In this document: piece after piece, positions 43,179 through 53,275 of the stretch
Layout: every line of letters starts with the position of its first letter
How positions within the stretch are numbered: the first letter of the stretch is position 1
Assembly: GCF_000738915.1 (NCBI RefSeq)
Contig: NW_026515634.1
Coordinates: 310,001 to 374,000 of the forward strand
DNA length: 64,000 nucleotides
Direction of reading: 5' to 3'
Source of the DNA: Nematocida ausubeli
Taxonomy: Eukaryota
The notes under the pieces: model-generated
What the model saw: only the letters and a program-made list of their open reading frames with translations
What the model was told of the DNA's origin: nothing
The model's database searches: none
Translations under genes and position numbers: made by a program

Positions 43179-44249
43179 TTAGACAAGAATGTCTGTTGTA
43201 AAGTCGGCAGCAGAACATCTAGGGGAGTTCACTGATATGCCTCCAATCTTTGTCATTTCGCTGTGTGCTAACTCGTTAAGCTCAGATACCTTCTTGTCTG
43301 CATCTTCCCCCATGTACTTCTTAATCCACTCAATTGAATCCTTTTTACGGCGCAAGTCAATCTCTGCAGGATTTCTGTACCCAACAAATGCATCAGTCAT
43401 TGAGTGGTTGTTGAACCTATACGTTGAGCACTCAACTATGATGGGTCCTTTTGTTAGTGCATGTTCCCTGGCATACTTCATTGCGCCTGCAACTGCAAAC
43501 ACATCCGTGCTGTCAAGGAGTATCCCTGGCACAAATGAGAATCGATTGTAGATGGTTGTTGATGCACTTGCCCTGGAGACAGGCGTGCCCATCCCGTACT
43601 CGTTGTTTTCGCAAAGGAAGATGATGGGCAGTTTCCACAGCGCAGCCATATTGAGGGACTCATATATCTGCCCTTGGTTTGATGCTCCGTCCCCGAATGC
43701 TGCAATTGTCACATTCTTGCACTTGAACACATTCCATATCTTATTTGTCCACTCACCAACCACACCCTCAGGCTCTGCAGGCTTTTTGGACAGAGAGTCA
43801 TTCTGCACAGATCTATACTTTTCAGCAAAGGCAGCACCAAGCCCCAGGGGAACCTGTGCTCCTACAATCCCATGTCCACCCAGAAACCGGTCGCCATACA
43901 GATGCATGGACCCGCCCTTTCCTCTGGCACACCCGTCCACTGAACCTAACATCTCGCAGACTATCTCCTTTGCATCCATCCCTGAGATAAGTGCAAATGG
44001 ATGGCATCGATAGCTTGTGATTAGAACATCCTTTGCCCCAAGCACAAGCTCAATTCCTGCTGATATTGCCTCCTGCCCAATTGCTAAATGGCAAAACCCG
44101 CGAATCTTCTTTTCCTTGTAGAGATCATGCAGAACCATTTCCATGTTTCTTATTCTAAGCATTGTCTGGCATGCACTTATTGCTAGCTCCTTTGTTGGGG
44201 TGTACATCTCTGGCTCTTCTGTCAGGAGATGCAGCTTGTACATACTCAT
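43179..44249 (-). CDS. PDA1: Pyruvate dehydrogenase E1 alpha
   Basis: IRGFCHLAIGQEA, GKGGSMHLY, TPP motif GDGASNQGQ..CENN, HSMTD. ATG at 44249 chosen. Confidence 0.95.
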   Translation of the reverse strand: MSMYKLHLLTEEPEMYTPTKELAISACQTMLRIRNMEMVLHDLYKEKKIRGFCHLAIGQEAISAGIELVLGAKDVLITSYRCHPFALISGMDAKEIVCEMLGSVDGCARGKGGSMHLYGDRFLGGHGIVGAQVPLGLGAAFAEKYRSVQNDSLSKKPAEPEGVVGEWTNKIWNVFKCKNVTIAAFGDGASNQGQIYESLNMAALWKLPIIFLCENNEYGMGTPVSRASASTTIYNRFSFVPGILLDSTDVFAVAGAMKYAREHALTKGPIIVECSTYRFNNHSMTDAFVGYRNPAEIDLRRKKDSIEWIKKYMGEDADKKVSELNELAHSEMTKIGGISVNSPRCSAADFTTDILV

Positions 44250-45015
44250 AAACAAATACTCAGGCCATTTGCATATAAAATAATAATGCAATTTGCGAAT
44301 ATTGATTTTTGCTGTGCACGCATTTCCACAGGATCCAGATCCAGGGCTACACTGCACTTTCACCAAAATATGCATAAATCGCATGCACTAGACTTTCTTT
44401 AAATATCCAAAATAGATAAAAATGTGATATATTCCTACGAATAAATAACTGAAAAAATCAACGGTTATGCTCTGTTCATCTACAAGGTTATTAAGAAGTA
44501 GTGATTCCAGAAGGCTGTGCAGTCTATTTGACTCAGGATAAAAATACTCAAGAAAATATTCTTCTGATCCATGCAGATATATTTATGTAGGTGACTAGAA
44601 TACAAAAATAATTTCCGTTTGCACTAATTAAACTTTCTTCTTAGAGTTAGGCTGTATTTAAGCTTAAGATCCTTTATTTAAAATGCTGAGAATTATAGCT
44701 TCCAACCCCAAGGCATCTTTGGCATCTTGGTTATTTAGCACCTCAGCACATAGGGTGCAGCAAGCTCAATTACTTCTCTGGATACCCAGAAACATTTCAT
44801 GCATATTTGTCATCCTGTGCTAGAGCACACTAATTGAAAGCTAAACTACTTGAGGTGCACTACCCAAGTTCACATTGTACTGTTGTAGCCAGTTACTTTA
44901 ACTGTTTTTATCGTATGCAAGTGCTCAAATCAAGCTAGCACACTATAAGTGCGGCATCTGTGCCATTATAAGCCTACATCTGTCTGAGCCATTAATGATC
45001 CTTCATGCATTCAGA

Positions 45016-45663
45016 TTATTTGTTTTGTGCCTTTCCTGCTAGGCGATTGATCATATCATGGCATGCTGCATATCCTTTGCATATATACATGCCTTTCATG
45101 TCAATGGCAGGTGCAGTCTGCTTCTTCTTCATTTTCTTATTGGTCTTTGCTGCCAATGCCTCCTTTACCTTCATGCTCTGTGATATATATACTCGCAGTG
45201 CATCGAAAATAATTAGCGTAAATACAATGCTTACTGCCAGTGCACCAATAGAGGGCATTGATATGCGCACGTGCTGTCTTTTTTGTGTTTTCGCCTTGTA
45301 GTTCTCCATAAACTGTGGGTGCGCCTCATCCAGTATCCAGTTGTATGCCTTTCTTAGCTCTGGCTGCACCAATATTTGGTACCCATTCACAATTATGTTT
45401 TTCGCCTCATTCTCCGTCAGATTCTTTCCTATTGGCATTGGAAGCCCCTTCATCTTTGCCATGTAGCATGCCTTTATAAGCTTTGACTGCTTTTTAGCTA
45501 TTTCCTGCCTGTCGGCCTGCCTGTCAATGTCAAACAGAGAGAATATTGTGGTGAGGCCTGCCTCCTGCAGTGTCCTGATGTATAGAGCGACCTGATCTAT
45601 TTCTTTATACGACATGCACTTGCACATCCCTATAAACAAAACAACAAGAACTCCTAATCTCAT
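45016..45663 (-). CDS. ER-type J-domain-like membrane protein (Erj5/DNAJC25-like), lacking HPD
   Basis: Signal peptide; TIFSLFDIDRQADRQEIAKK...GYQILVQPELRKAYNWIL fits J-domain helices; then a TM and a basic tail. Confidence 0.6.
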   Translation of the reverse strand: MRLGVLVVLFIGMCKCMSYKEIDQVALYIRTLQEAGLTTIFSLFDIDRQADRQEIAKKQSKLIKACYMAKMKGLPMPIGKNLTENEAKNIIVNGYQILVQPELRKAYNWILDEAHPQFMENYKAKTQKRQHVRISMPSIGALAVSIVFTLIIFDALRVYISQSMKVKEALAAKTNKKMKKKQTAPAIDMKGMYICKGYAACHDMINRLAGKAQNK

Positions 45664-45766
45664 ATTTATTCTGTAATAAAAAATTGCAGGAATTTAAACA
45701 AATTCTGCTAATTAAATTAATGCACGTCCGCTTATGGTTTATTCAAACTCTGAAAAAATAATTTGC

Positions 45767-46060
45767 ATGGATACTCTGCAAACACACAAAGTGGTAATTA
45801 CCGAGGACAAGCTTGCCAACTCAATCGAGCTCAGCATAAGAGATGAAGATCATACGATTGGAAATGCGCTGGCTTCTGAGTTGCAAAAGAATGAAGATGT
45901 CGCCTTTGCAGCATACAAGATACCGCATCCTCTGCAGAACATCTTGAAGGTAAAGGTAGTTGTGGATAAGTCTGAAGACAGACCAATTGACTTTGTAAAG
46001 GCGTCCTTGGATAGTCTTATCAATGACTGCGAGTCAATGCTATCACAGATCTATAAATAA
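45767..46060 (+). CDS. RPB11: RNA polymerase II subunit Rpb11
   Basis: EDHTIGNAL..EL..VAFAAYKIPHPL. ORF is open from 45734. Confidence 0.85.
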   Translation: MDTLQTHKVVITEDKLANSIELSIRDEDHTIGNALASELQKNEDVAFAAYKIPHPLQNILKVKVVVDKSEDRPIDFVKASLDSLINDCESMLSQIYK

Positions 46061-47401
46061 CTACTCATCTATAATTGGTATGCTTGTTCCCTTTTCTATT
46101 TCTCCTGCTCCAATCAGCCTCCAGTGCCCGCTCATCTTTCTTGAAATGCTTAGGGTTGCTCCTATTTTCGCACAGATGGGCGTGGCAAGAATGAAAAATG
46201 CTGTGTTCTTTGTGGCGGCAGTGATCTGGATACGGCTTGAACTGCTTCCTATGTTTATTAAGAGCTGCTCTTTAACGGCAAGGGGCTTTCCTAGTGCGGG
46301 TATCTGGGCAGTTAACTTTTCAAATAAATGGTAGCTTATGCCCATCTCCCTGTATACTTCTGGAAGTGTTCCAGGCCTTCCCAGAACCTGCCCTACAAGC
46401 TTGTCTCCTCTGCAGAAGAAAGGATCTAGCTCAGTACCAATTCCAACAAGACCTCCTGGCACTGCAACCTTAAGAGTATTTGACTCTGCAAATAGAGAAA
46501 CAATCTTTGTTCTAACAGGCTTGCAGACAAGCTTTCCTTTGACCTTTTCAAGGATGCCTGGGCGCACCTCAAGCTCCTCTCCTGCCTGCAGATATCCACT
46601 GGTCAGGCACCCACCAATCACACCTCCTTTATAGTCTGATGGCTTGCATCCTGGCTTATTTATGTCAAATGATCTGATAACCTGCACTTGTGGTGGAAGC
46701 GCATACTCTCTCTGCGGCACTGGTATGTAGTTGACAATGTAGTCCAGAATTGCATCAAGATTGCATCCTATCTGGGCGGATGTTGGGATAATTGGTGCAT
46801 TGCATGCTGAAGAGTCCTTTATGAACTCTTCAATCTGGTCGTGGTTTTCTAAGGCCTGCTCTCTGGAAAGAAGATCTACTTTGTTCTGCAGAATTATCAC
46901 TTTGTCTAGATCCACTACGTCTATTGCATTGAGATGCTCTATTGTCTGTGGCTGTGGGCACTGCTCGTTTGCAGCTATAATCAGAATGGCCGCATCCATA
47001 ATTGCAGCTCCTGTAAGCATGGTGTCCATAAGAACCTCGTGTCCTGGGCAGTCCACAAAGGAAACATGTCGCTCCAACTGAATTGTTCCGTTGCAGTTCT
47101 TTGTTTTGCAAGCCTTTGGGGGCTTCTGTGTGCTGGAGGTTGACATGTAGCACTCTGGCCTTTTGCATATTCCTCCTGTGCATTTGTATATCTTTGCATT
47201 TGCATACCCGAGCTTGATAGTTATGTTTCTTTCCAGCTCACTTTTAAACCGCACTGTCTTTATCCCACTAATTGCCTTGACAATAGTGGATTTCCCGTGT
47301 GCTACGTGCCCTATCATTCCAATGTTAACAGTTGCTTGGTTTTTCATGATGTCCTGGCTAACTGGTCCTAGTTCTATTCCTTCAACAACTGTTGTTTGCA
47401 T
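46061..47401 (-). CDS. GCD11: Translation initiation factor eIF2 gamma
   Basis: NIGMIGHVAHGKST, ERNITIKLGYANA, DCPGH, QNKVD, RSFDINKPG, WRLIG. Confidence 0.97.
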   Translation of the reverse strand: MQTTVVEGIELGPVSQDIMKNQATVNIGMIGHVAHGKSTIVKAISGIKTVRFKSELERNITIKLGYANAKIYKCTGGICKRPECYMSTSSTQKPPKACKTKNCNGTIQLERHVSFVDCPGHEVLMDTMLTGAAIMDAAILIIAANEQCPQPQTIEHLNAIDVVDLDKVIILQNKVDLLSREQALENHDQIEEFIKDSSACNAPIIPTSAQIGCNLDAILDYIVNYIPVPQREYALPPQVQVIRSFDINKPGCKPSDYKGGVIGGCLTSGYLQAGEELEVRPGILEKVKGKLVCKPVRTKIVSLFAESNTLKVAVPGGLVGIGTELDPFFCRGDKLVGQVLGRPGTLPEVYREMGISYHLFEKLTAQIPALGKPLAVKEQLLINIGSSSSRIQITAATKNTAFFILATPICAKIGATLSISRKMSGHWRLIGAGEIEKGTSIPIIDE

Positions 47402-48166
47402 AAAATAAAAAAGCCGTATGGATAATTAATGCTCTCAAATATCCAAGCACAGGCAAAGAAAAAGAAATTATAGCCCACATATTTTAAAAAAACACATGCC
47501 GATCAGCAGTACTCCTAAATAAACTGTCTCTTACAGAGTGCCTGCCCTAATATTTGCCTCTTTGAAAATTCTATTTAAATCCACCCACTACCCTACTACA
47601 ATGCCAAAGAAGCCTCTATATAAATTTACAGCAGCCCTAGAGTAAGTTTATTGTACAAAGCAAAGAATATATTCCGATATATTTCATGGTCTGTAAGCTG
47701 TTAATTATGGGTGTAATTGAAATTAATTAAGACTATTTATTTAACTGTCAATATATGATCACTTCTACTTTCTAATTAGCAGTCTACTATTTATCAATTA
47801 TTGGTGCATTCTTTAGTATATAGACCACTTAGTATGCAGTATCACTTCATACGAATATTTCATGTGGTAAACCAATTGAGAGCTATTTATTTCTATAAAG
47901 AAGAACAGACACAAAAATTATAGCAGATTGGCATTTAAAATATGCATTTTGGTTTAAACGTATATACTAAAGAGATAGAGGCATGTAAACAGAATATAAA
48001 TAGTCTATACTTATTTGAAATACATAGAATATTTTCGTATACTTAAACATAGATTTCTAATGGTTTTGTGCTTTCATAGTTATATACACTACTATATTCT
48101 GCATGGTACGCAGACTACATCCTTTAATTCATAATGTATTATAGGTACCATAAAGTCTTTCATAAT

Positions 48167-48538
48167 CTATGGCCTTAGAATATGCTGTAAGCCATTTTCA
48201 AATGTAAATAGCGTGATAGAAAGTGCATCTAAAACAGGGAATTCCTGTGGGTCTTTTGACTGCAACTTCCCGATTACCAATAAATGTATTTTTTCTTTTT
48301 CTTTGCTTTCTCTTTTAACTATTTTTGCTACCACCTCGCTTGAAATTTTCTCTAGATTTAGAATGCCCTTTCCAGACACATCCTGCACTAAATACTTTGT
48401 GCGAGTGATTCTTCTCTCCACCATTACTCGGAAAATGCCCTCTTCTGTGCGCCTTCCATGAATAAACTCAATCTCTCTGCTGCAAAAGACCCCACTTTCG
48501 CTTGCCCTGCTTATACTCCCATATGTCTCTCCTTCCAT
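48167..48538 (-). CDS. Small hypothetical protein, possible OB fold
   Basis: 123 aa; YLVQDVSG and LLVIGKL resemble OB-fold strands; divergent partner 52 bp away. Confidence 0.55.
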   Translation of the reverse strand: MEGETYGSISRASESGVFCSREIEFIHGRRTEEGIFRVMVERRITRTKYLVQDVSGKGILNLEKISSEVVAKIVKRESKEKEKIHLLVIGKLQSKDPQEFPVLDALSITLFTFENGLQHILRP

Positions 48539-48590
48539 TTATATTTGCACACGATGCAGTTAACTTTCATTTTCACTTTTAATTTAAATT

Positions 48591-48845
48591 ATGCTTATTC
48601 TGGCGAATGTCTCCAAGGCAGTTGTAGAAACAATAAAGGAGTATCTGGCTTTTGCTGGGGCCATGCCAGTCACTGAGGCAATGAACATTTTAAATATCTC
48701 TGAAGGAACTCCTCTTTCTTCAGCACTGATAAATCGGCAAGCATCTAAAATATCAGCAAAGAACAAAAAGGCACTCCCAGCTTCTGCCTGCATACTAAAG
48801 AAAATAAGCAGTGCAGAGAAGGTTCTCTTAAGGGAGATTGAGTAG
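48591..48845 (+). CDS. Small hypothetical protein (84 aa)
   Basis: ATG after taaatt, protein-like composition, divergent from 48538. Confidence 0.5.
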   Translation: MLILANVSKAVVETIKEYLAFAGAMPVTEAMNILNISEGTPLSSALINRQASKISAKNKKALPASACILKKISSAEKVLLREIE

Positions 48846-50011
48846 AATGAATCTTTTAGAATATATTTGCATATAGAGTGGGCTCACTATGGTATAGATA
48901 TCATACGTAATTGGAATAGCTTGTCTTTTCCATTGCATGCTATTTATTTCAGCTTAATTTTTAAGCATCTCAGTTGGTTTCTGCATCAAAGCGTATGTGT
49001 GGTGTCTTCTGTTGTATAGTCAGTATTATTGAAAAGACATAAAATATCCTAAATAAAGAGATGCTCTTGCAACTTACAATACATTATACTTAAGTACTGT
49101 ACATCTTAATTTAAGTCTGTGCTGTCTTTAATACGCTATGAAATGCATGCTCGCTTTAGCAGAAATCCTTCTGGATTAGCATGTATTTTTAGGCTGCACA
49201 TATCCTTTTTGAAAAATACTTCCTGCCAATAGTATTCACGTCTTCATAGTGAACTCAGACAGATACTATAGCAGCAAGGGCCTAGTACATTTCTATTGAA
49301 ATAACACTTTTGAAATTAATGACATCACACTGATGGTTTTCACGTGTGTATTATTCCTTTATGCTGCAGTTCTGCTTAAACTGCCTGCGCTCATTTTAGT
49401 ATGTAGTCTTAGTCTGCTGTGTGTGTCAAAATAGACTTACCCCCTATATATGAAAATATAAAACCATTCAGTAAAAGAATATATGTGAAGACATTTTATT
49501 TCTGTGGGGTGTTTGCAGGAAAAAGTAGAATACTTAGATAATTTACATACATTGGATTGTTGATTTAGTTGGAAGCCTGCATAACACAGCAAATCTTATC
49601 TATGAGTGCACTTCACAGAAGCAGTGTTTTATGAGCAGTTCATATATAGAAGACTTTTCATATGCTTAACATGCAATTTACCAGCATAATTTCTGCAGTG
49701 CATAAATGCCGCTGTAAAAAGAAAGTTTAGTCTGCCTAAAGCCATTCAATACACAATATGCAGAAGTGAGTTTGTATTGAATTGGTATTCCTAGAGCACA
49801 AAACTCAATTTCTATTCGATCCGTATTGCCTATTTATAAACCAAACAGAGCTATGCTTTGCAGCCAAGTGGATACTAAGTGCTAGTATATATCAGACTCT
49901 TTTTACTGCCTGGTGTTACAATAATACGCAGGCTACTTCATATTAAGACACAGAGTAGGTCAGAGCCCACTTCCTAGACAAAGTCCTAATATTACTCATG
50001 GCGCAAGCTAA

Positions 50012-50755
50012 CTAGTTCAACAGCAGATGCTTTGTATGGCCTGCTTCAAAGTCTTCCCGCGTGTTAACTTCTTTTATCTCAAAATAGTTTATCATTGTAG
50101 TTAGAACAGCCCCAACATATACAATATCAGAGTCCGGAAGGAGGTTGTGCGGCATGTACGAGGAGAAGTAGTTTGGGAAGGCAACTAGCTTATATCCTTC
50201 ATCTGCAGAATCCTCCTGCGGTTCCTCTTCCGACTGAGAAATAAGACTTCTCTTGGATAGTTCTGTTAAAATCTTATCGACCAATGGCTTTGTGCCTTTA
50301 ACGTAAATATTTGATGTGGTGCTCTTGTAGACAGACGAGTGCAGGGTCTTCAATATACGGTCCAGGGCATCCTCGTATGTTGATGTGCGGGTGATCGAGT
50401 GCGTGCAGTCCAGGCTGGACTTCCTTACAAGATCCACAGACCACAGAATGCTGCTGTTTGGTCCGTTTTCAACAGTGACCACACACAAATTCTGTACCCC
50501 TAACGCAAGAGAGGTTGAGACAGAGGAGTACATAACGGACATAGACTCAATCTTTGACTCTTTAAAGAAATATTTTGATATTTTGTGAATATTTATCTTA
50601 TCAACATTACTGCTAACAAGAATAAACACATGTAGCTTCTTGTCGAGGTGACCTACCACCTCCTCTTTTGTGCACTCCTTAAATGCAATACCAGTAGAAA
50701 ACACCTTGTATACACCAATCCCATTGATTTCAATTATAATAACCTCTGGCTCCAT
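50012..50755 (-). CDS. Reduced actin-related protein, Arp9-like
   Basis: KYFFKESKIESMSVMYSSVSTSLALG..CVV is actin-fold-like. KLVAFPNYF..SDIVYVGAVL..TREDF resembles yeast Arp9 KLAKYPDYF..SEIIFLGAQI..TREKY. Confidence 0.65.
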   Translation of the reverse strand: MEPEVIIIEINGIGVYKVFSTGIAFKECTKEEVVGHLDKKLHVFILVSSNVDKINIHKISKYFFKESKIESMSVMYSSVSTSLALGVQNLCVVTVENGPNSSILWSVDLVRKSSLDCTHSITRTSTYEDALDRILKTLHSSVYKSTTSNIYVKGTKPLVDKILTELSKRSLISQSEEEPQEDSADEGYKLVAFPNYFSSYMPHNLLPDSDIVYVGAVLTTMINYFEIKEVNTREDFEAGHTKHLLLN

Positions 50756-50795
50756 ACTAATACAAATAAAAAGAAAAAAATTTAGGAGAACAAAT

Positions 50796-52661
50796 ATGCA
50801 AAGCAGCGTGTATAATAAAGAGGAAAAAAATAAAAGTGCTATGCCAAAGGCAGAAGTAGTCAGCAGGCCTTCAGTACTAGAAGACGTGGTGGATCTCTCA
50901 AGAATACCGCATGAAAATTATAAAAAGAAAGAAAATTCACTAATGAGTGATCAAACTGTAGACAATAGCAATAGTACTAAAGATAGCAATAATAAAAAAG
51001 AAAAAAAGCAAGAAGAGAAGAAGGCAGAGAAAAAGAGAAGTGAGGAAGCACGGCCTCCAAATAATCCGCCTGAACAGCCTGTATACAGACAAGTGCGAAT
51101 GGCAGGCCAGCCGCCTGGGCCAGGAGGAAGGCCGCCTATGCAGCCTGCATCTTCACCACTGTCATTTCCTAAAAAGAGCCCAATTAGCCTGCAGACAATA
51201 GCAAGCATTACAATGATCTTGTTGATGGGAACCAGCTTAGTGTTTCTTGTAAAGAACCAGATGGAGGCGAGTGCATCCAAGAGTGACAAAGGAGACTCTT
51301 ACTATAAGAGTAACTTTGAGACACTGGCAGCACAGTACAAACGGGTGACCCCCAAGCAGTGCAAGCAGAGCATGTACTACGGGCTGAACAGAGAGTTTAA
51401 TGCGTACATTAATATTATTATGTCGTATATGGCCAAGGGCAAAGATTCATCTGATGATGAGGATAGCAGCGAAATCACTAGTGGAGGGACTCTAAGAGGA
51501 AGCATGCTGCAGAAGAACTTAATAGTGTATGGAATGCCTGGAACAGGAAAGTCCTTCTTTGCACGTAAGATTTTCCTGCAGGCGGCTCTCAACATAAGAG
51601 CAGAGCAGCTAAAAAAACAGTACAAAACAAAGTACCTTAACATTATAGGTGGAAAGGGTTCGCAGCAAGTTATTAAGGAGCTGTATGACTGTGACGGCAC
51701 AATTGAGCTGTACCAAATTGACTCTGCCATGTTTTTGAACAAGCTCGTTGGAGAGACAGAGCAGACACTGCGGGGGTTTATGAATTTTATAGAGTGGCGG
51801 CAGAAAATAGTGCCTGTTATTGTATTTATAGACGAAGCAGAGGCTCTCTTTGCAGCCAGAAAAGGCTCAGACGGCGGAGGTGGAGTGCAGGTCTCAAATA
51901 ACATGAAAAACATGTGGCTAACCTGGCTGGATGGGCTAGACACAGATGACAGCAAAAGAATATTTGTGATAGCCGCAACGAACTTCTTTGAATCAATTGA
52001 TCAGGCTCTTGTTCGGCGATTTAAGTCACAGCTGGGTATTCCTACGTATATCTACGACGCTAGAGTAGAGCTCTTGGAAAAAGAGCTTTTTGCACCAAAA
52101 ATAGTGCATGTAGAAAGCGAGGAGAAAAAAATAGCTATAGCAACAAAGACATCAAAAATACATGGAAATAACATGATGCAGATAGTTGAGGAGCTAACAA
52201 AATTAAGGTATGAGACTAAAAAGCCAGTTCCTTTTAGAAAACTAGAGAAGGAAGTTGCTGCAGCAAACAAAAGAGCGGAGGCAAGTGAAAAAGAACAGAA
52301 AGCACAGACTGAATTCAAAATGTCAAATCCAGAGGAAGTTATCACAACACTGGTATGGGGGAAAGCAGACACAATATCTATCACTAAGGAGTCCATGATG
52401 AAAATCGAAGAAGAGCTTGCGCCAAAGACAGATGAAGACCTTGAGGAGCAAGAGATTGGAGATAAAATTCTAGAGAATGCTGGTATCAAAAAGAATAGAT
52501 TTGATTATAAGCAGGAGCAGGATGTAGAAATAGAAAATAAACATATCGTTGAATCGGTAGACACTGAAAGCAATGCAGGCTTCTTTGGCAATCGATTTGG
52601 AAACATTTTTGGCAATTTATGGGGAGCAAATAGAAATGAAGGTGATGAAGATTCAGGGTAA
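50796..52661 (+). CDS. Membrane-anchored AAA+ ATPase
   Basis: TM IASITMILLMGTSLVFLV, Walker A GMPGTGKS, Walker B VFIDEAE, SRH AATN..IDQALVRRF. Confidence 0.88.
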   Translation: MQSSVYNKEEKNKSAMPKAEVVSRPSVLEDVVDLSRIPHENYKKKENSLMSDQTVDNSNSTKDSNNKKEKKQEEKKAEKKRSEEARPPNNPPEQPVYRQVRMAGQPPGPGGRPPMQPASSPLSFPKKSPISLQTIASITMILLMGTSLVFLVKNQMEASASKSDKGDSYYKSNFETLAAQYKRVTPKQCKQSMYYGLNREFNAYINIIMSYMAKGKDSSDDEDSSEITSGGTLRGSMLQKNLIVYGMPGTGKSFFARKIFLQAALNIRAEQLKKQYKTKYLNIIGGKGSQQVIKELYDCDGTIELYQIDSAMFLNKLVGETEQTLRGFMNFIEWRQKIVPVIVFIDEAEALFAARKGSDGGGGVQVSNNMKNMWLTWLDGLDTDDSKRIFVIAATNFFESIDQALVRRFKSQLGIPTYIYDARVELLEKELFAPKIVHVESEEKKIAIATKTSKIHGNNMMQIVEELTKLRYETKKPVPFRKLEKEVAAANKRAEASEKEQKAQTEFKMSNPEEVITTLVWGKADTISITKESMMKIEEELAPKTDEDLEEQEIGDKILENAGIKKNRFDYKQEQDVEIENKHIVESVDTESNAGFFGNRFGNIFGNLWGANRNEGDEDSG

Positions 52662-53275
52662 GCTTTTCTTGGAAAAAGAAGAGTATTTTTGCACAAAGCC
52701 CATTTGCTATTTATTCTGGTTATATTACCTTGTAGCTGACTACTTTATCATATATGAAACTATCCATATTAAGAATAGAATTTTGAAAGCTGTTTGTTAG
52801 CACAGTAAGCAGAAATCATAAAAGGATTTTATGTAAAGGAAAATGCATGGTGCAATAAGTTAGAAGCAAACCAAGAAAGTTTTACTTGTTTGCGTAAGGA
52901 ATATAAAAATTAAAATATCATTGTTTTACATTTAAACACAATTTATACATGTTTCTTAAATTAATCTATTAAAATATCTACTATTTTCCTCTCCAAGCCT
53001 CTAGATTGTCTTTATAGTGCATTGCCTTAAGATGATCTGCTGTCATTTTTATTCCATACTGTAGGTTAGAATATATGAAATTTAGTCTCTGGTACATGCT
53101 GTCTATGCAATCTGCACCAAGGTAAACGCAGAGTATGAGATCATATCAGTACTTGCTGTAGAGATAAAGTGCATTAGTACGTCCTCTATGTAGGAATAGC
53201 GAAAAAATAAACAGGGTTTCTAAGATGTTTCAGAAACAGTGTGCCCATATTAATACTCTATGCATACGCATGTAA

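Noticed and set aside
10407..47401. Apparent clustering of eIF2alpha, eIF2A, initiator tRNA and eIF2gamma (also Isu1, Jac1 and PDH)
   Set aside because: Spread over 37 kb with many unrelated genes between them; plausible by chance in a small, housekeeping-rich genome.
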